DNA from: Eledone cirrhosa
Lineage: Eukaryota
Reading direction: 5' to 3'
Assembly (NCBI GenBank): GCA_964016885.1
Contig: OZ024746.1
Span: 23,250,001 to 23,314,000, forward strand
Length of the DNA: 64,000 nucleotides
Below are positions 27,504 through 41,029 of the stretch, one piece after another. The position numbers and the translations under genes were made by a program. Every line of letters starts with the position of its first letter. Position 1 is the stretch's first letter. Below the pieces are notes generated by a model. That model made no database searches. It was not told where the DNA came from and saw nothing but the letters and a program-made list of their open reading frames with translations.

Positions 27504-27765
27504 TTAACTCTTTTGACACCAAACTGCCTGAAACAACCTTTTTCTACAACATAAAACTGATTGTTTTAAAGTGTTTTTATTTATATATAAACCTTCCATA
27601 ATAATTTTATATTAGAACCATTCTAAAATTATGTTCCAAACACCAACTTAATAATGAGAAAGTTAGTTATATTGCTAAATCCCTCCAAATGCTGAATTAT
27701 TTTCAAAATTAATTACAAACCATAGACAGTGTCATTTATTAAAAATATGACAAGAAAAGGGTTAA
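27504..27765. mobile_element. piggyBac-like MITE family A (~260 bp), representative copy
   Basis: TTAA-CTCTTTTGACACCA ... AAAAGGG-TTAA. Related copies or fragments at about 1580-2085, 2260-2660, 5077-5290, 8694-9370, 27835-28070, 40165-40717, 42440-42652 and 58790-59200. Confidence 0.75.
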
Positions 27766-30700
27766 GGACAGGCAATGTCTTTTATTAGAGATATGGTAAC
27801 ACATATTAACTCTTTCTCCACTCGGATTAGCATTTAAACCTTTTGATAGCAAACTGTCTGAAACAGTTCCTGTTTCTACAATATAAAGCAGTTTATAGTT
27901 AATCTAAATTCCATCAAAATGTTATGTAATAACCTGTTATGTTCCAAATGCCAGCTTAATAATGAGAAAATTAGTTATTTTGCTAAATCCTTCTAAATTC
28001 TTGATTATTTTCCAAATTATTTGAAAATCATAAGCAGTATCTTTCATTAGAAATATGGTAATGAAAGACATTGAACAGTTTAAGAAGAATTTGACTGAAA
28101 TCTGTGAGAAATCTTCTCACATGCAAAAGATTATCCCTGAACCTGAACACAAATTCTTTGAAATGTGTTCTAAATGTCCTTATAATTTAATGATTTTGCT
28201 ACTAACCCACCAAAACCACCTTAAATTCTATGACACAAAAATGCCTGTTCATATTTATATCAAAACCTATAAAAAATAAATTGACTTAATGTTTTGTTAA
28301 GTTATATTTGAAACACCATCTTTACAATGACAAAATTAGTTATTTCATTAAATCCTTCAAAATTCTCGATTACTTAGAATACACCAACTGACATTTCAAT
28401 AGAAATGTTAACACAAGATAGTTAAGAGAAGATTTCTATCTACCAACCAGTCTTCAACTAAATTTTGATATACTGCATTTCATTATAAAAGATGTATCTT
28501 TATCTTATTTTTAAAATTCACTTTCTCATTTCTTTCCCTTATTTTTAAAGACCATGTCACAGTTCTCATATTAAACTGATATTTTGACTGCTCTGATTAT
28601 CTCTCCCTCTCTGTTGCTTATCCTCTTTAACCCTTTTTTCCCCATTTTTGCATGTTTTGATGTGATTTTTCGCTTGTCTTCTCTTGACAGGTTGCATCAC
28701 ACTTGCCTAAATAAAGCCGGAGACTATAGCATCTTATTAACTACTACTACTACCTCTACCATTATGATGGTCCGTCAGCAAATTATTCTCTCTATCTTCT
28801 CTGAGCCTTCAACAACTCCATACCAACATTACCACATTTTTCTCTATCACTAGATGGAGCTAACTACAAGCTTACACCAATTCTCTCCCTTGGCATTATT
28901 CCGGTCACCTTTACAATAAATTTACCCCCTTGTTTTTTTTTAATTAAAAGATGAAAAATATTTAAATTTCAATATATTGAGTATAATTCTTTTTTCAAAT
29001 TTTGACTGAAAAAGAAAGATTTGCCTACTATCAATCATGACATATTTACAAATATATTTACAAATGGCAATCATTTGAAATTAAAAGTTGGAACAAATCA
29101 AGCAAACAAAAAAAAAAGCCAAAATAAACAGAAAAATAACCAGAAAAATCCAATGTGACAATGTGATCCTATTGATGACACGGTTTACATCCATCTACCA
29201 CATTTTAATTCCACATGACTGAGCTTTCATGAATTTATTGTTTAAGTCTTGATTTAAAATCAGACTGAACCAACAGAGGAAAAAACAACAAAAAACTCTT
29301 GATTCTGTTGGAGTCACTGTCTCTTTAATTAAAATGTCTACTTATAATTCTTGTGCTACATATACACTTTTACAATCATCTTTTCGATGTACAAAACCTC
29401 AGTTACCCCTTGGGTCTTTCAATCACCAGAACTTCCATCATTCTTCAGTCTATCCAACTGGTCAGTCGACCATTCCATCATCGATCTCAAAGTCTTTACC
29501 CCCAACCACAAGCAGCAGTAATGGTAACAACCATATGTTTAACTGGCATCACCCTGTAAAGATGGATGCAATCATCACTCGGAGAAACTGCATGAGAGAG
29601 TCCCTTAGTAAGCATGGCACCACTACCTGCTATCCTGAGATACGATCAACTATAGGTAGGTTTGACTACTTAATGGCCAGTGTTAGTGCACCAAACGCCC
29701 AAATATTTTATTAACCAACCAATATCCTCTTATATAGTAGCATTTACTTCCTATTATTTGTCTTTAGTTTAATCTAATGGAGATAGTTTTTTCAGCTCTA
29801 ACATTTCCCTGATGTTCACTTGATGTCCTCTGTTTCCCACCCATGCATTAGACAATAGAATACTGTATTATAAGCCAACTTACAATATATATATACAGCA
29901 TTATATAGCATTTATTCCTTGGCTTTTGTTTCTAATTTAATGTAATCAAGGTAGTTTTTCAGTTAGAACAACCATCAGCCGTTCCTCAATGTTGTCCAGC
30001 ACCCACACAATCGACAATAGAATGGCATCCATTTATATTACGGTCATTCACTATCTACTGCAATGTCTACAAATTCCATCATACCAAACTTCCTCTCAGT
30101 ATTTATGTACCATCATTTACATCTGTAGCCTAATAGGCTGTATTGTTTCAATGTCAACTTTGTTATTCTATAGACAAAGAAGAAAAAAACAATTGTAGCC
30201 TATCACAGTTTTTGTTCCTTCATTCTATGCACGTCTGCAATTGCAAACAACTATTTTTGAATTGTATGTTAGAGAAAATATTTGGAGAGAACTATTTCTA
30301 AAAGCTATATACTCTTCTTCTTCTTCATTTATTTTCAACATTTTTATGCATTATGTCTGTTTTTGTTATTTTTTTATCCTATTCAATTTTCCTATTAAAA
30401 AAAATGTTTTTTTTTCGAATTCCACATTTAAATGTCAATGAAACAACCATTAATAATTTCATTGTTAGTTTGAAGACATTAAATTGATTGTATTCACTAG
30501 GTTAAAATGACTTTTGTCTGACAATAGTATTAAGATGGTACTTTTTATTCTTGACCTCTTGTTAAATATTATTTCAACAACTTTGATCCATTGATCCATC
30601 ATGTTAGGTTGTTGTTGTTATTGTTGTTTAGCTTCAGCTCACCTGTAATCGAGCAAACCTATAATCAAGTTCATCTTGTCTTTTTAGGAATATCTATGTC

Positions 30701-30949
30701 TACAATATCTGGCGTACCCTTCCCTTTTTCAACACTGAAGTGTGTAATTTGAGGCAGATTTAACTACTATTTCTAACATTTCAAACTACTATGTGGAGGC
30801 TCCCTTATAAATTTGTCTTTTTTTATTTATATATTTTGTTGTTGTTGTTCATAGTTTTCCCTTAGTTGTGTGTTTTATGAAGGTTTACTTCTTATGTTTT
30901 TAAGAAGTTGTAAGTCCGTAGAATTTATATTGGAAACTGAAGACAACAG

Positions 30950-31170
30950 GGAGTGTTGACACAAATGACAGCTGAGTTTTGACACAAATGACAGATGTGA
31001 GTTTTGACACAAGTGACAGCTGTGAGTGTTGACAAATGACAGATGTGAGTGTTGACACAAATGACAGCTGTGAGTTTTGACACAAGGGACAGATGTGAGT
31101 GTTGACACAAATGACACCTGTGAGTTTTGACACAAGTGACAGGTGTGAGTTTTGATAGAAGTGACAGAAA
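30950..31170. repeat. Minisatellite rich in TGACA
   Basis: Units of about 25-27 bp, GTGAGT(G/T)TTGACACAA(A/G)TGACAG(C/A)T. Confidence 0.9.
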
Positions 31171-31230
31171 GACTGTTTGCCAAGGACAAGTGAAAGGGCA
31201 ACAGGTAAACATAATAAATTTGAAGATAGG

Positions 31231-31276
31231 ATGAATTTTAGATATTTTCCTGATGAGGATGATGATGATAATGGTG
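31231..31276 (+). CDS. Candidate first coding exon of the PAR-bZIP gene
   Basis: ATG start giving MNFRYFPDEDDDDNG, then G|GTAAGT, a consensus donor in phase 1 compatible with the 40778 acceptor. No homology support. Confidence 0.25.
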
Positions 31277-31370
31277 GTAAGTAATATTCATTTTATAATA
31301 TATTGGTTACTACCATAAAGTACATCAGGTATATTCACATTATAGTGGTCTCTAGTTATGTCTCAGGGTT

Positions 31371-32088
31371 CTAAAAGATACACCTGTTATGTCTAGAGTA
31401 CCAAAAGATACATCTGGTATGTCTGTAGCACCAAAAGATACATCTGGTATGTCTGTAGCACCAAAAGATACACCTGGTGTGTCTATAGTACCAAAAGATA
31501 CATCTGGTATGTCTGTAGCACCAAAAGATACACCTGGTGTGTCTATAGTACCAAAAGAGACATCTGGTATGTCTGTAGCACCAAAAGATACATCTGGTGG
31601 GTCTGTAGCACCAAAAGATACACCTGGTGTGTCTATAGTACCAAAAGAGACATCTGGTATGTCTGTAGCACCAAAAGATACATCTGGTATGTCTGTAGCA
31701 CCAAAAGATACACCTGGTGTGTCTATAGTACCAAAAGAGACATCTGGTATGTCTGTAGCACCAAAAGATACATCTGGTGTGTCTGTAGCACCAAAAGATA
31801 CACCTGGTGTGTCTATAGTACCAAAAGAGACATCTGGTATGTCTGTAGCACCAAAAGATACATCTGGTGTGTCTGTAGCACCAAAAGATACACCTGGTGT
31901 GTCTATAGTACCAAAAGAGACATCTGGTATGTCTGTAGCACCAAAAGATACATTTGGTGTGTCTGTAGCACCAAAAGATACACCTGGTGTGTCTATAGTA
32001 CCAAAAGAGACATCTGGTATGTCTATAGTACCAAAAGATACATCTGGTATGTTTATAGCACCAAAAGATACATTTGGTATGTCTGTAA
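31371..32088. repeat. 30-bp minisatellite with 90-bp trimer period
   Basis: Unit CCAAAAGATACATCTGGTATGTCTGTAGCA; variant units recur every third copy. Confidence 0.95.
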
Positions 32089-33649
32089 TGTGGCATATTT
32101 GTGGTGGTAGACTTAATCAGTTCCAGAGTTTAATAACACCACCCAGCCCTTGTGTACCTTTAGTGAAACCCACTGTGTTGTAAATAAACAGCTTAGTATT
32201 GTATTAATTGAACCAGGAGTGATTTAGTATTAAAAGTGTTAAGAGAGTAGAACAATGGTTCCCAACTAATCAAGAATCCCTTTCATGTAAATGAATTTTC
32301 CCACAGACCTTCTACTACAATTACTTCTCTCCCAGATTGTCATACTAGGAAAGAATAACTATGGAAAAAGTGAAATGTTTCTACTTAGAGATAAATAATA
32401 AAGGTGTATATCAAAACATATACATTATATTTATGTATAATAAATGTGAGTCTTGCTGAGTGTTTTAGTCTGTAATCATGTCACAGCTAGCTCAGTAGCC
32501 ATGTGAGAATGATAGATATTAGTGTTTTAGGATTTTTAGCTATCTTCAGTGGAATTTATTCATTCAGTTCTGGGCCAAGAATAAACCACAGCTTATATAG
32601 ATTTTTTTGAGTGTCTGGTATACCCACACAGCTCTTGGGGTAGCTGTGATATGATCACAGCTTAAGATATTAATAGCAAGACATGTATTTCTTTTTATAA
32701 GGCAGTGAATTGGCATAGTCATTAGAACATCAGATAGAATGCTTTGCAGTATTCATTCCATCTCTACTCTCTGAGTTCAAATCTCACACAGGTCAACTTT
32801 GGCTTTCATTCATTTGAGTTTGATAAAAAAAAAAGTACCAGTTTACTACTGGGGCCAATTCTTCCTTTAATATCTCTTTCTAACCTCCTCCCTCTCTCTC
32901 TCTCTCTCTAGAGGAAATCTGCTGTAATCAGGCCTGGAGAGAGATGGGGTCTGCTAGGTTTAAATTGGAATCATACCATACCATATGATTGTCTAAGCTT
33001 TCATATACATCTCTATTATGAATCATATGCTACTGCTAATTAGAGATCAGTGGGTGCCCAATACAGTGTGTATATTATGTTTTTAACAAAGTACTTGAAA
33101 TTTTTTAGTTAGTTCATAGGACACCCCCCACCCCACCCCACTCATGTAGTACTACATTCGTGGGCTCCCAGGTTGGCGACTGCTCAGTAGGGTATGATTT
33201 GTGGGAGATGTGGTTGCTATTTCTATCAAGTTGAGCGACTATGTAAAGACTTTCTCATTAATATAGGTACTGCTTGTTATTGCTGTTGTTGTTTAGCCCC
33301 AGGCGAGCCATCATCCAGTAGACTTTATTGTAAAAATGGATTAGTTTACTGTTAAACACTTACAACATTGCTGGTGATGACAATGGTGGTGCTGGTGCTG
33401 GGATGATATTGGTGGTGTAATTTCCCTGTATATGTCAAACTGAAAGGTCAGCACTACTTATAAGTTGCTCTACCGCTTCTTAAACACTTAATCTCATGGT
33501 TAATCTTCTTTTTACAAGATTTAGTGGTGATGGTGGTGGGTTATTCATGTACTGTGTGTGTGTGTGTGAATGTGTGTATGTGTACATGTGAGTTATTTAA
33601 ATATATATGTGTGTATGTGAGTGTATATATGTGTATGCGCACACGTGAG

Positions 33650-33701
<52 letters not shown>

Positions 33702-33884
33702 ATGATGATAAGTGTGCCAAATGCCAGGATAAATTAGAGTGGAATTAAAAACCAACCTGTTGATCAAGACTATTATCAATTTTATAAACATTTGACGGAC
33801 ATTTTTTGTGGTGATGTTGGCATGTTTGGTTGTGGGGTAATACAGTGATATTGTGTGACTCTCTATGACATAGCATGGGAAATA

Positions 33885-34225
33885 TTGGTGGTGATATTGG
33901 TGAGAGAGGGGGGGGAGACAGAGAGGTGATATTGATGAGTGTGAGAGAGAGAGGGGGAGACAGACAGATAAATAGAGGTGATATTGATGAGTGTGAGAGA
34001 GGGAGACAGACAGATAAATAGAGGTGATATTGGTGAGTGAGAGATGGATATAGAGGTGATATTGGTGAGAGAGGGAGGGAGAGAGAGAGAGAGAGAGAGA
34101 GATAAAGGTGATATTGGTGAGAGAGGGCGAGAGACAGGCAAACGGATAGAAGTGATATTGGTGAGAGGGAGAGTGAAAGACAGACAAAAGTGATATTGGT
34201 GAGAGAGAGAGGTGATATTGGTGAA
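33885..34225. repeat. Degenerate purine-rich tandem repeat
   Basis: Recurrent GAGGTGATATTGGTGAGAGA separated by (GA)n. Confidence 0.8.
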
Positions 34226-35485
34226 ACAAACAGCAGACAAATTGAAGAGGGTTGGTTGGAGGAGAGGAGGAGGAAGATGGTTGGTTGGAGGAATGATGAG
34301 AGGGGAAGAGGGTTGGGTGAAGGAGAGGGAAGAGGATTGGGTGGAGGAGAGGGAAAAGAGTGTTGGCTGGAGGAATGTGAGTGAGGGGAAGTGAGGGTTG
34401 GTTGGAGGAGGTATAAAGTGCCATTCAATAAATACAGGTCAATAAAGTAAGTACCTGTCTGAAATATATACTGGGATCAATTAAAGGTTGATTAAAACCC
34501 TTAAGGGTAGTATACTAGTGTGGATACAGTAAAAGAATAAAATTACCTGACAGTGAAGGTACTTTCTTTTTCCCCAAAATAGCATATTTCATTGCATATA
34601 ATGCAGACTTTTGTTTGTAAAAATTAGTCTTATAAACTGCCCTGCACATTCTTCTTCTTAGCCCACTTATTCCTGGGAGGGTTTTGGGTGGGGTAGAGTC
34701 CTCAAACACACCTCCCGGTGGGTCCTATCAGAAGCAGCCATCTCCAATTGATCCAGCTGGATCCCCAAGCAAGACCAGCTGACCTGATCGATGTTATCCA
34801 ACTATCTTGCTCCTGGGTTTCCTGCTGGTTGGTTTTGCCTGTAAAATCTGTCCAGGAATTCTTTCCTAAAATATTCTAACCGCAAGCATAAATATCAGAT
34901 CATATTCATAATCTTTACATGTATATCATGAGATTTGGATATATCTTAAAATGTGTGAATCAACAAACCCTTCAAATATTCCATGCATCAAGAGTTGATA
35001 AGTACATCAAATAAATCCCAACAGGCCAAATGAAACATTCAAGTATTGTATTCACTTATCTATGAAATGCTGAGAGGTCATTAAAGAAAATGCTGTTATA
35101 AAAATCATCATCATCGTCATCATCACTGTTTAATGTCCATTTTTCCATGCTAGCATGGGTTAGACGAGTTGCCCCATTGTGAGACAAGTCAGATCAGATG
35201 ACTGTGTTTTGCCCTTCAGGCTTGGTTTCTATGGCTAGATGCCCCTCAGGCTTGGTTTCTATGGCTAAATGCCCCTCCTAATACCAACCACATTTACAGT
35301 GTGGACTGGGTGCTTTTTGTTGTGACACCAGCATGACCACTTTACAGTGTGGACTGGGTGCTTTTTAATGTGGCACCAAAATAACCAACTGACTGGTGGG
35401 ACTGGATACTTTTTGTCGTTTCACCAACATAACCACTTTAAAGGGTGGACTGGGTACGTTTTATCATTTCACCAACACAATTACT

Positions 35486-35706
35486 TTAACCCTTTAGCAT
35501 TTACATTACTCTATATATATTATTGCATTTTAGTGGTAAAGGCTTTATCTTTTATCTCACATAATATTGAATCTATGAGATTTGATATTATTTATTTTGA
35601 GAACAATACCTTAACAACAGTATGAGTGGCCAGTTACAGCCGGTTTGAACAGAAAGAGATGAGAGAATCTGACCAGATATGGTCGGTTTAAATGTTAAAG
35701 GGTTAA
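35486..35706. mobile_element. piggyBac-like MITE family B
   Basis: TTAA-CCCTTTAGCATTTA ... TAAATGTTAAAGGG-TTAA. Removing it restores the host unit ACTTTAA-GGGGTGGACT. Confidence 0.85.
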
Positions 35707-37199
35707 GGGGTGGACTTTAAAATATATGGTATAAATAACAATATAGGCAGCATTGAAGATAAACTTATCTTTGAAGATTTTGAAAATAGTGAAGACTTCC
35801 TCCCAGAAATCAAAGACTACCAAATTTTCAGGCTTTGAAGAAAACAACACCGTTGAAGAGTGATTTATAGTTTATGGTTGTTTAATGAATTTCCTTCCAT
35901 TTTGATAATTATTTCTAAACCATGACACTTATGATTTTCTAGCCATTAAAATATTTTAAAACAACTTTATTCTTTTATTTGCCTGTTGTCATACAATAAT
36001 AATAGTATCCAAAGTTCAGTTCCACTGTGTGTTACCTTGGGTGTCATTTACTAGAGCCTTGGGTCAACCCAAGCCATATGAGTGAAATTTGGTAGACAGA
36101 AACTGTTTGGAAGCCCGTCAGATAGACTTTACTTGAAAGTCAAAGGCCAACTTTGTAAGTTCATTAAGAGTACACATGTTTAGGGAATTGAGTTTCCTGA
36201 AAGAAACGGTTAAGAATCACAGCAGTAGGGTATGATTTGTGGGGAATCTGGCTGCTAGTTCTAGCTCTTGAAATGACCATCTGGAGGCTTGCTTGTTGGC
36301 TCATGGTTAAGATGAATTCATCTAATACATGGCTGTGTTAATTATTTGAGATTAGCTAGAGGTGACTGACCAGTGAGTAATATATTTGTTTGAGATTAAC
36401 TGAGGAAGATTATCTTCCTACACATGGTTATTTATAAAACTGTGGAGACACAATGGGGAGTATGTCAGACAAAATAACTTTGTTGTTGTATCTAATCATG
36501 TGGACTTACAAGCTGAGTTCAAATCCCCTCAAGGTGGACTTTGCCATACATATTTCAGGGATCTGTAAAATAAAGTATTGGACACGTGTGCTTCAGTTAG
36601 AAATCATAGTTAACTTTGATCATAATTCAAATAATGGTAATTCAAATAATATTTCAATAATAATAATTTAAATAAGGATAATTCAAATTAGGATAATTTA
36701 AATAATTGTTTCTACATTTGACACAAGGCCAGCAATTACCCAGTGCATTACTGGTACTTTATTTTTATCGACCCCGTAAGGATGAAAGGCAAAGTTAACC
36801 TCAACGGGATTTGAACTCAGGCCGTAAAGGGACATAGGATAATTTAAATAATGATATTTTAAATAATAATTCAAATAATGGTTTCTGATTTTGGTTTCGT
36901 TTTTGACTTAGGCACAAGGCCTTTTGGGGGGAAGGTAAGTCAATTAAATCATCCCCAGTGTGTTACTGGTACTTTATTTTATCGACCCCGTAAGGATGAA
37001 AGGCAAAGTTAACCTCAGCAGTATTTGAACTCAGAACATAAAGGGACGTAACTCTATACTGCAAAGCATGTTGACTATGCTGTCATTGTAAGAAGTCTGT
37101 GGAAGAGGAAGTGGTGAGGTGTGATGTTAGGTTGCTGGACATTACAAATGAGATGATGAAGGACTGGGATAAGATGCTGTGCTGGTATGTGGTTATGTA

Positions 37200-38325
37200 A
37201 ATTTCCATGTGGTTATACATGAGGTTGCATATGGTTATATGGAGTTATACATGTTGTTACATGTGGGTATGTTTATATGAGGTTACATGTGGTCCATGTC
37301 GATATATTTATGAGGTTACACATTGTAACATAGGGTACATGTGGGTATATTTGTGAGGTTACACACGGTAACATGGGGCTACATATCGGTATATTTGTGA
37401 GGTTATATATGGTAACATGAGGCTACATGTGGGTATAATTTATGAGTTTATACATAACATGAGGTTACACATGGTAACATAGGGCTACATGTGGGTATAT
37501 TTATGAGGTTACATGTAGTTACAGGAGACTGCACATGATTACATGTTACGTTGAGGTTACATGTGTTTATATGGTAATACAAACTTACATGTGGTTACTT
37601 GTTATACAAGGTTACACAAGGTTTATATGGTTATACAAATTTACACATGGTTGCATGAGGTTACTCATGGTTATAAATAGTTACTCATCGTTACACAATG
37701 GTACACATGGTTATACAAGGTTACTCATGGTTATACAAGATTGCTCATGGTTATACAGGGTTACTCATACACATGGTTATACAATGTTATACATGGTTAC
37801 TCATTGTTACACATGGTTATACAAGGTTACTCATGGTTATACAAGGTTACTCATGGTTATACAAGATTACTCATGGTTGTACAAGGTTACTCATGGTTAT
37901 ACAAGGTTACTCATGGTTATACAAGATTACTCATGGTTGTACAAGATTACTCATGGTTATACAAGATTACTCATGGTTATACAAGGTTACTCATGGTTAT
38001 ACAAGATTACTCATGGTTATACAACGTTATACATGGTTATACAAGATTACTCATGGTTATACAAGGTTACTCATGGTTGTACAAGATTACTCATGGTTAT
38101 ACAAGGTTACTCATGGTTGTACAAGATTACTCATGGTTGTACAAGGTTACTCATGGTTATACAAGATTACTCATGGTTATACAAGATTACTCATGGTTAT
38201 ACAAGATTACTCATGGTTATACAAGGTTACTCATGGTTATACAATGTTATACATGGTTATACAAGATTACTCATGGTTATACAAGGTTACGCACTGTTAT
38301 GCAAAGTTACTCATGGTTACATAAC
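37200..38325. repeat. 20-bp minisatellite with degenerate precursor
   Basis: Homogeneous TTACTCATGGTTATACAAG(G/A) from about 37700. Degenerate GAGGTTACACATGGTAACAT units upstream and again at 39440-39790. Confidence 0.9.
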
Positions 38326-38555
38326 TTACATATGTCCAGTAGGAAATGTTTCTGTGTTGATGAGTTTTTAGGAAGTGAGGAAACAATGTTGGACAGTTTG
38401 GTATCTAGAGGTGAAATGTTTAATTTTAGAGCAGATGGTTATTATATTCTTTTACTGGTTTCAGTTATTAGACTGTGGTCATGCTTAGCATCACCTTGAG
38501 AAAGATTTAGTTGATTATATTGAAGTTACCATATCACTTATTATTATTATATTTT

Positions 38556-38750
38556 AGGGTGGTGGTTTGGCAGTATCGGTAGAACGTTAAACACCATACT
38601 TTGCAGCATAGAGTTCTGGTCCTTTACGTTCCGAGTTCAAATCCTGCCGAGGTTAACTTTACCTTTCATCCTTCTGGGGTCAATAAAATAAAGTAGCAGT
38701 AATACACTGGAGTAACTGCTGGCCTTGTGCCAAAAGTAGAAACAATTATT
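38556..38750 (+). mobile_element. tRNA-SINE, Nin/Deu-like family copy
   Basis: Full-length match to the 16562 copy, flanked by ATTATTATTATATTTT duplications. Confidence 0.85.
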
Positions 38751-39789
38751 ATTATTATATTTTCTTTTTGTTGGACTGTTAAGTTACAAGACACAAACTC
38801 AGACACACTTAGACTTATGTCAACTTGTGCTGGGTGGCACACTGGGCAACAAGCTTCCTCCTCTACATTCAATCCACTACCCATCCATTCAATCTACTTC
38901 CCATCTATTCCAGGTGATTTTAATAGCCTTCAGATCATCTTAAAATATTTGCAGTCAGGTGATCTTTGGATCCTTACTTTGCCCCTCCTATTTGTACTAT
39001 AGTGGAGTTGAAGTCATTGCTGTTTTCAAGTGCTGGTGGACAGAAAATGTGGATTATGACTTTGCTCTTTTCAAGATATCTTCATTTATAACCCAGTCTT
39101 ACTATGTGGGGCAACTTTGATTGTATATAGACAGCTTTTTATCTTTGTCATGTTCTTCTAAGTCTCACTATCATAGATTGCTGTAGGAAGAATGGCGATG
39201 ATATGTAGGTGTTGCTTGACATCTGTACTAATAGTTAAGTCTGAACACAGAGAGCTCATGTGTGAGGTTACACATAATAATGAAAAATATTATGCACAGT
39301 GTTCAGGTGCACTACAACTCACCAGAAAAGGTAGCCAAAAGTGCATGTATAGTACATAGAATAATATACAATAGTCAGGAAAGTGAACAGTGTGTGAGTC
39401 ATGATACACACACACACACACACACACATGTTGGTATAATTATATGAGGTTACACATGGTAACATGAAGCTGCATGTTGGTATGTTTATATGTGGTTATC
39501 CATAACACTAAGCTACATGGGGATATATTTATGAGGTTACACATGGTAAAATGAAGTTACATGTGGGTATATTTATATAAGGTTATACATTGTAATATGA
39601 AGCCATGTATGGGTATATTTATATGAGGTTATACATGGTAACATGAAGCCACATGTGTGCATATTTGTGAGGGTAGACATGGTAACATGAAGCTATGTGA
39701 GCATACTTATGAAGTTACATTGGGTATATATATATATGAGGCTACACATGTGGTGACATGGAGTTACATGTGGTATATTTATGAGGTAG

Positions 39790-40125
39790 CACTGTAACTG
39801 CTTTACTGATCCTCCTGTTGATATCCATTTTATTGTTGCAGTTGTTGTTTAGAACGCTGCTCGGGTAGGTGAAGTGGTGGACTTCATCTAGTTTTTGTTG
39901 GTTTACCTTGACTGTTGTTTCTTTAGCTGTTGGTATTGTTGCTATTTTTATCACTTTGGTCTTCTTGGCATTGATCTTGAACCCCATCTTCTCAACATTT
40001 TTCTGCAGTGTTGTTAGCTGTAAATCTGCACTGCAGTCATTTGTCATCTTCTCTGTGAGCCTCCATGATTTGAGATCAGTTCTCACAAGCTCTGTCCAGG
40101 TCTTCCATGGCCTCCCTCCACTGAA
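39790..40125 (-). mobile_element. RTE LINE reverse-transcriptase and 3' fragments
   Basis: GFKINAKKTKVI...LDEVHHFTYPSS...DINRRISKA, next to a GRPWKTWTELVRTDL piece. Confidence 0.75.
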
Positions 40126-40777
40126 ATTTCCTGGTACATTTTTGCCCAATGATTATCATCATGCATACCAAACTACCTGAAACTACCTCTGATTCTAAGA
40201 TACATAACTATTTTTAAATGTTTATATTTATCTAAAAGCCTTCCATTATAAATTTATGTTCAAATCCCATCGAGGTTAACTTTGCCTTTCATCCTTAAGG
40301 GGTCGATAAAATAAAGTACCAGTAATGTACTGGGATAATCACTGGTCTTGTGCCAAAAGTAGAAACAATTATAAATGTATGTAAGAACCTTTGTTAAGCT
40401 ATGTTCCAAACACCAACTTAATATTGAGAAAATCAATTATATTAATCCCAGTTCTTGACTGGTACTTTATTCTATTGGCCCCGGAAGGATGAAAGGTAAA
40501 GTTGGCCTTAACAGGATTTGAACTCAGAGCATAAAGAGCTGTAATAAACACCACAAAGTATCTGTCTGATGCCCTAAAAACCCTGCCAGTCCATCACCCT
40601 AATTAATATTGAGGTAGTTATATTACTAAATCCCTCAAAATTCTTGATTGTTTTCAAAAGTGTTTGAAAATCTTAGGTAGTATCTTTCATTAGAAATAGG
40701 TTAATGAGCAGGTTAAATCCTGAACACTTTGTCAGTTGTTTATGGTTAATATATTCTTTCTTCTCATATATTTCCAG

Positions 40778-41029
40778 TGAAAGAAGAAAGTTCCAAATAT
40801 AGTGATGATGAACAGAACAACTTATCAGCATTTCTGGGACCAAATCTGTGGGAGAAATCCAGTGGTGCTGATTTCAAACTGGAGTACATGGATCTTGATG
40901 AGTTTCTTGTGGAGAATGGGATCCCTCTGGATCCAATTAATGATCCGTTAGACAGTAATGACAAAAGTACAGCATCAGATGTTTCCTTGGACAGTTTTGT
41001 ACAGTCACCGGAGCAACTCAACTTTAAAG
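40778..41029 (+). CDS. Pdp1: PAR-bZIP transcription factor, transactivation-domain exon
   Basis: TTTCCAG acceptor and G|GTTTGT donor, 252 nt, phase 1-1. Encodes [11 protein letters not shown] and [17 protein letters not shown], hallmark motifs of HLF/TEF/DBP/Pdp1. Confidence 0.92.

Noticed and set aside
31371-32183. 264-aa mucin-like ORF (SVAPKDTSGM repeats)
   Set aside because: A 30-bp unit without stops is open on both strands; no convincing splice or non-repeat coding context. A repeat exon cannot be fully excluded.
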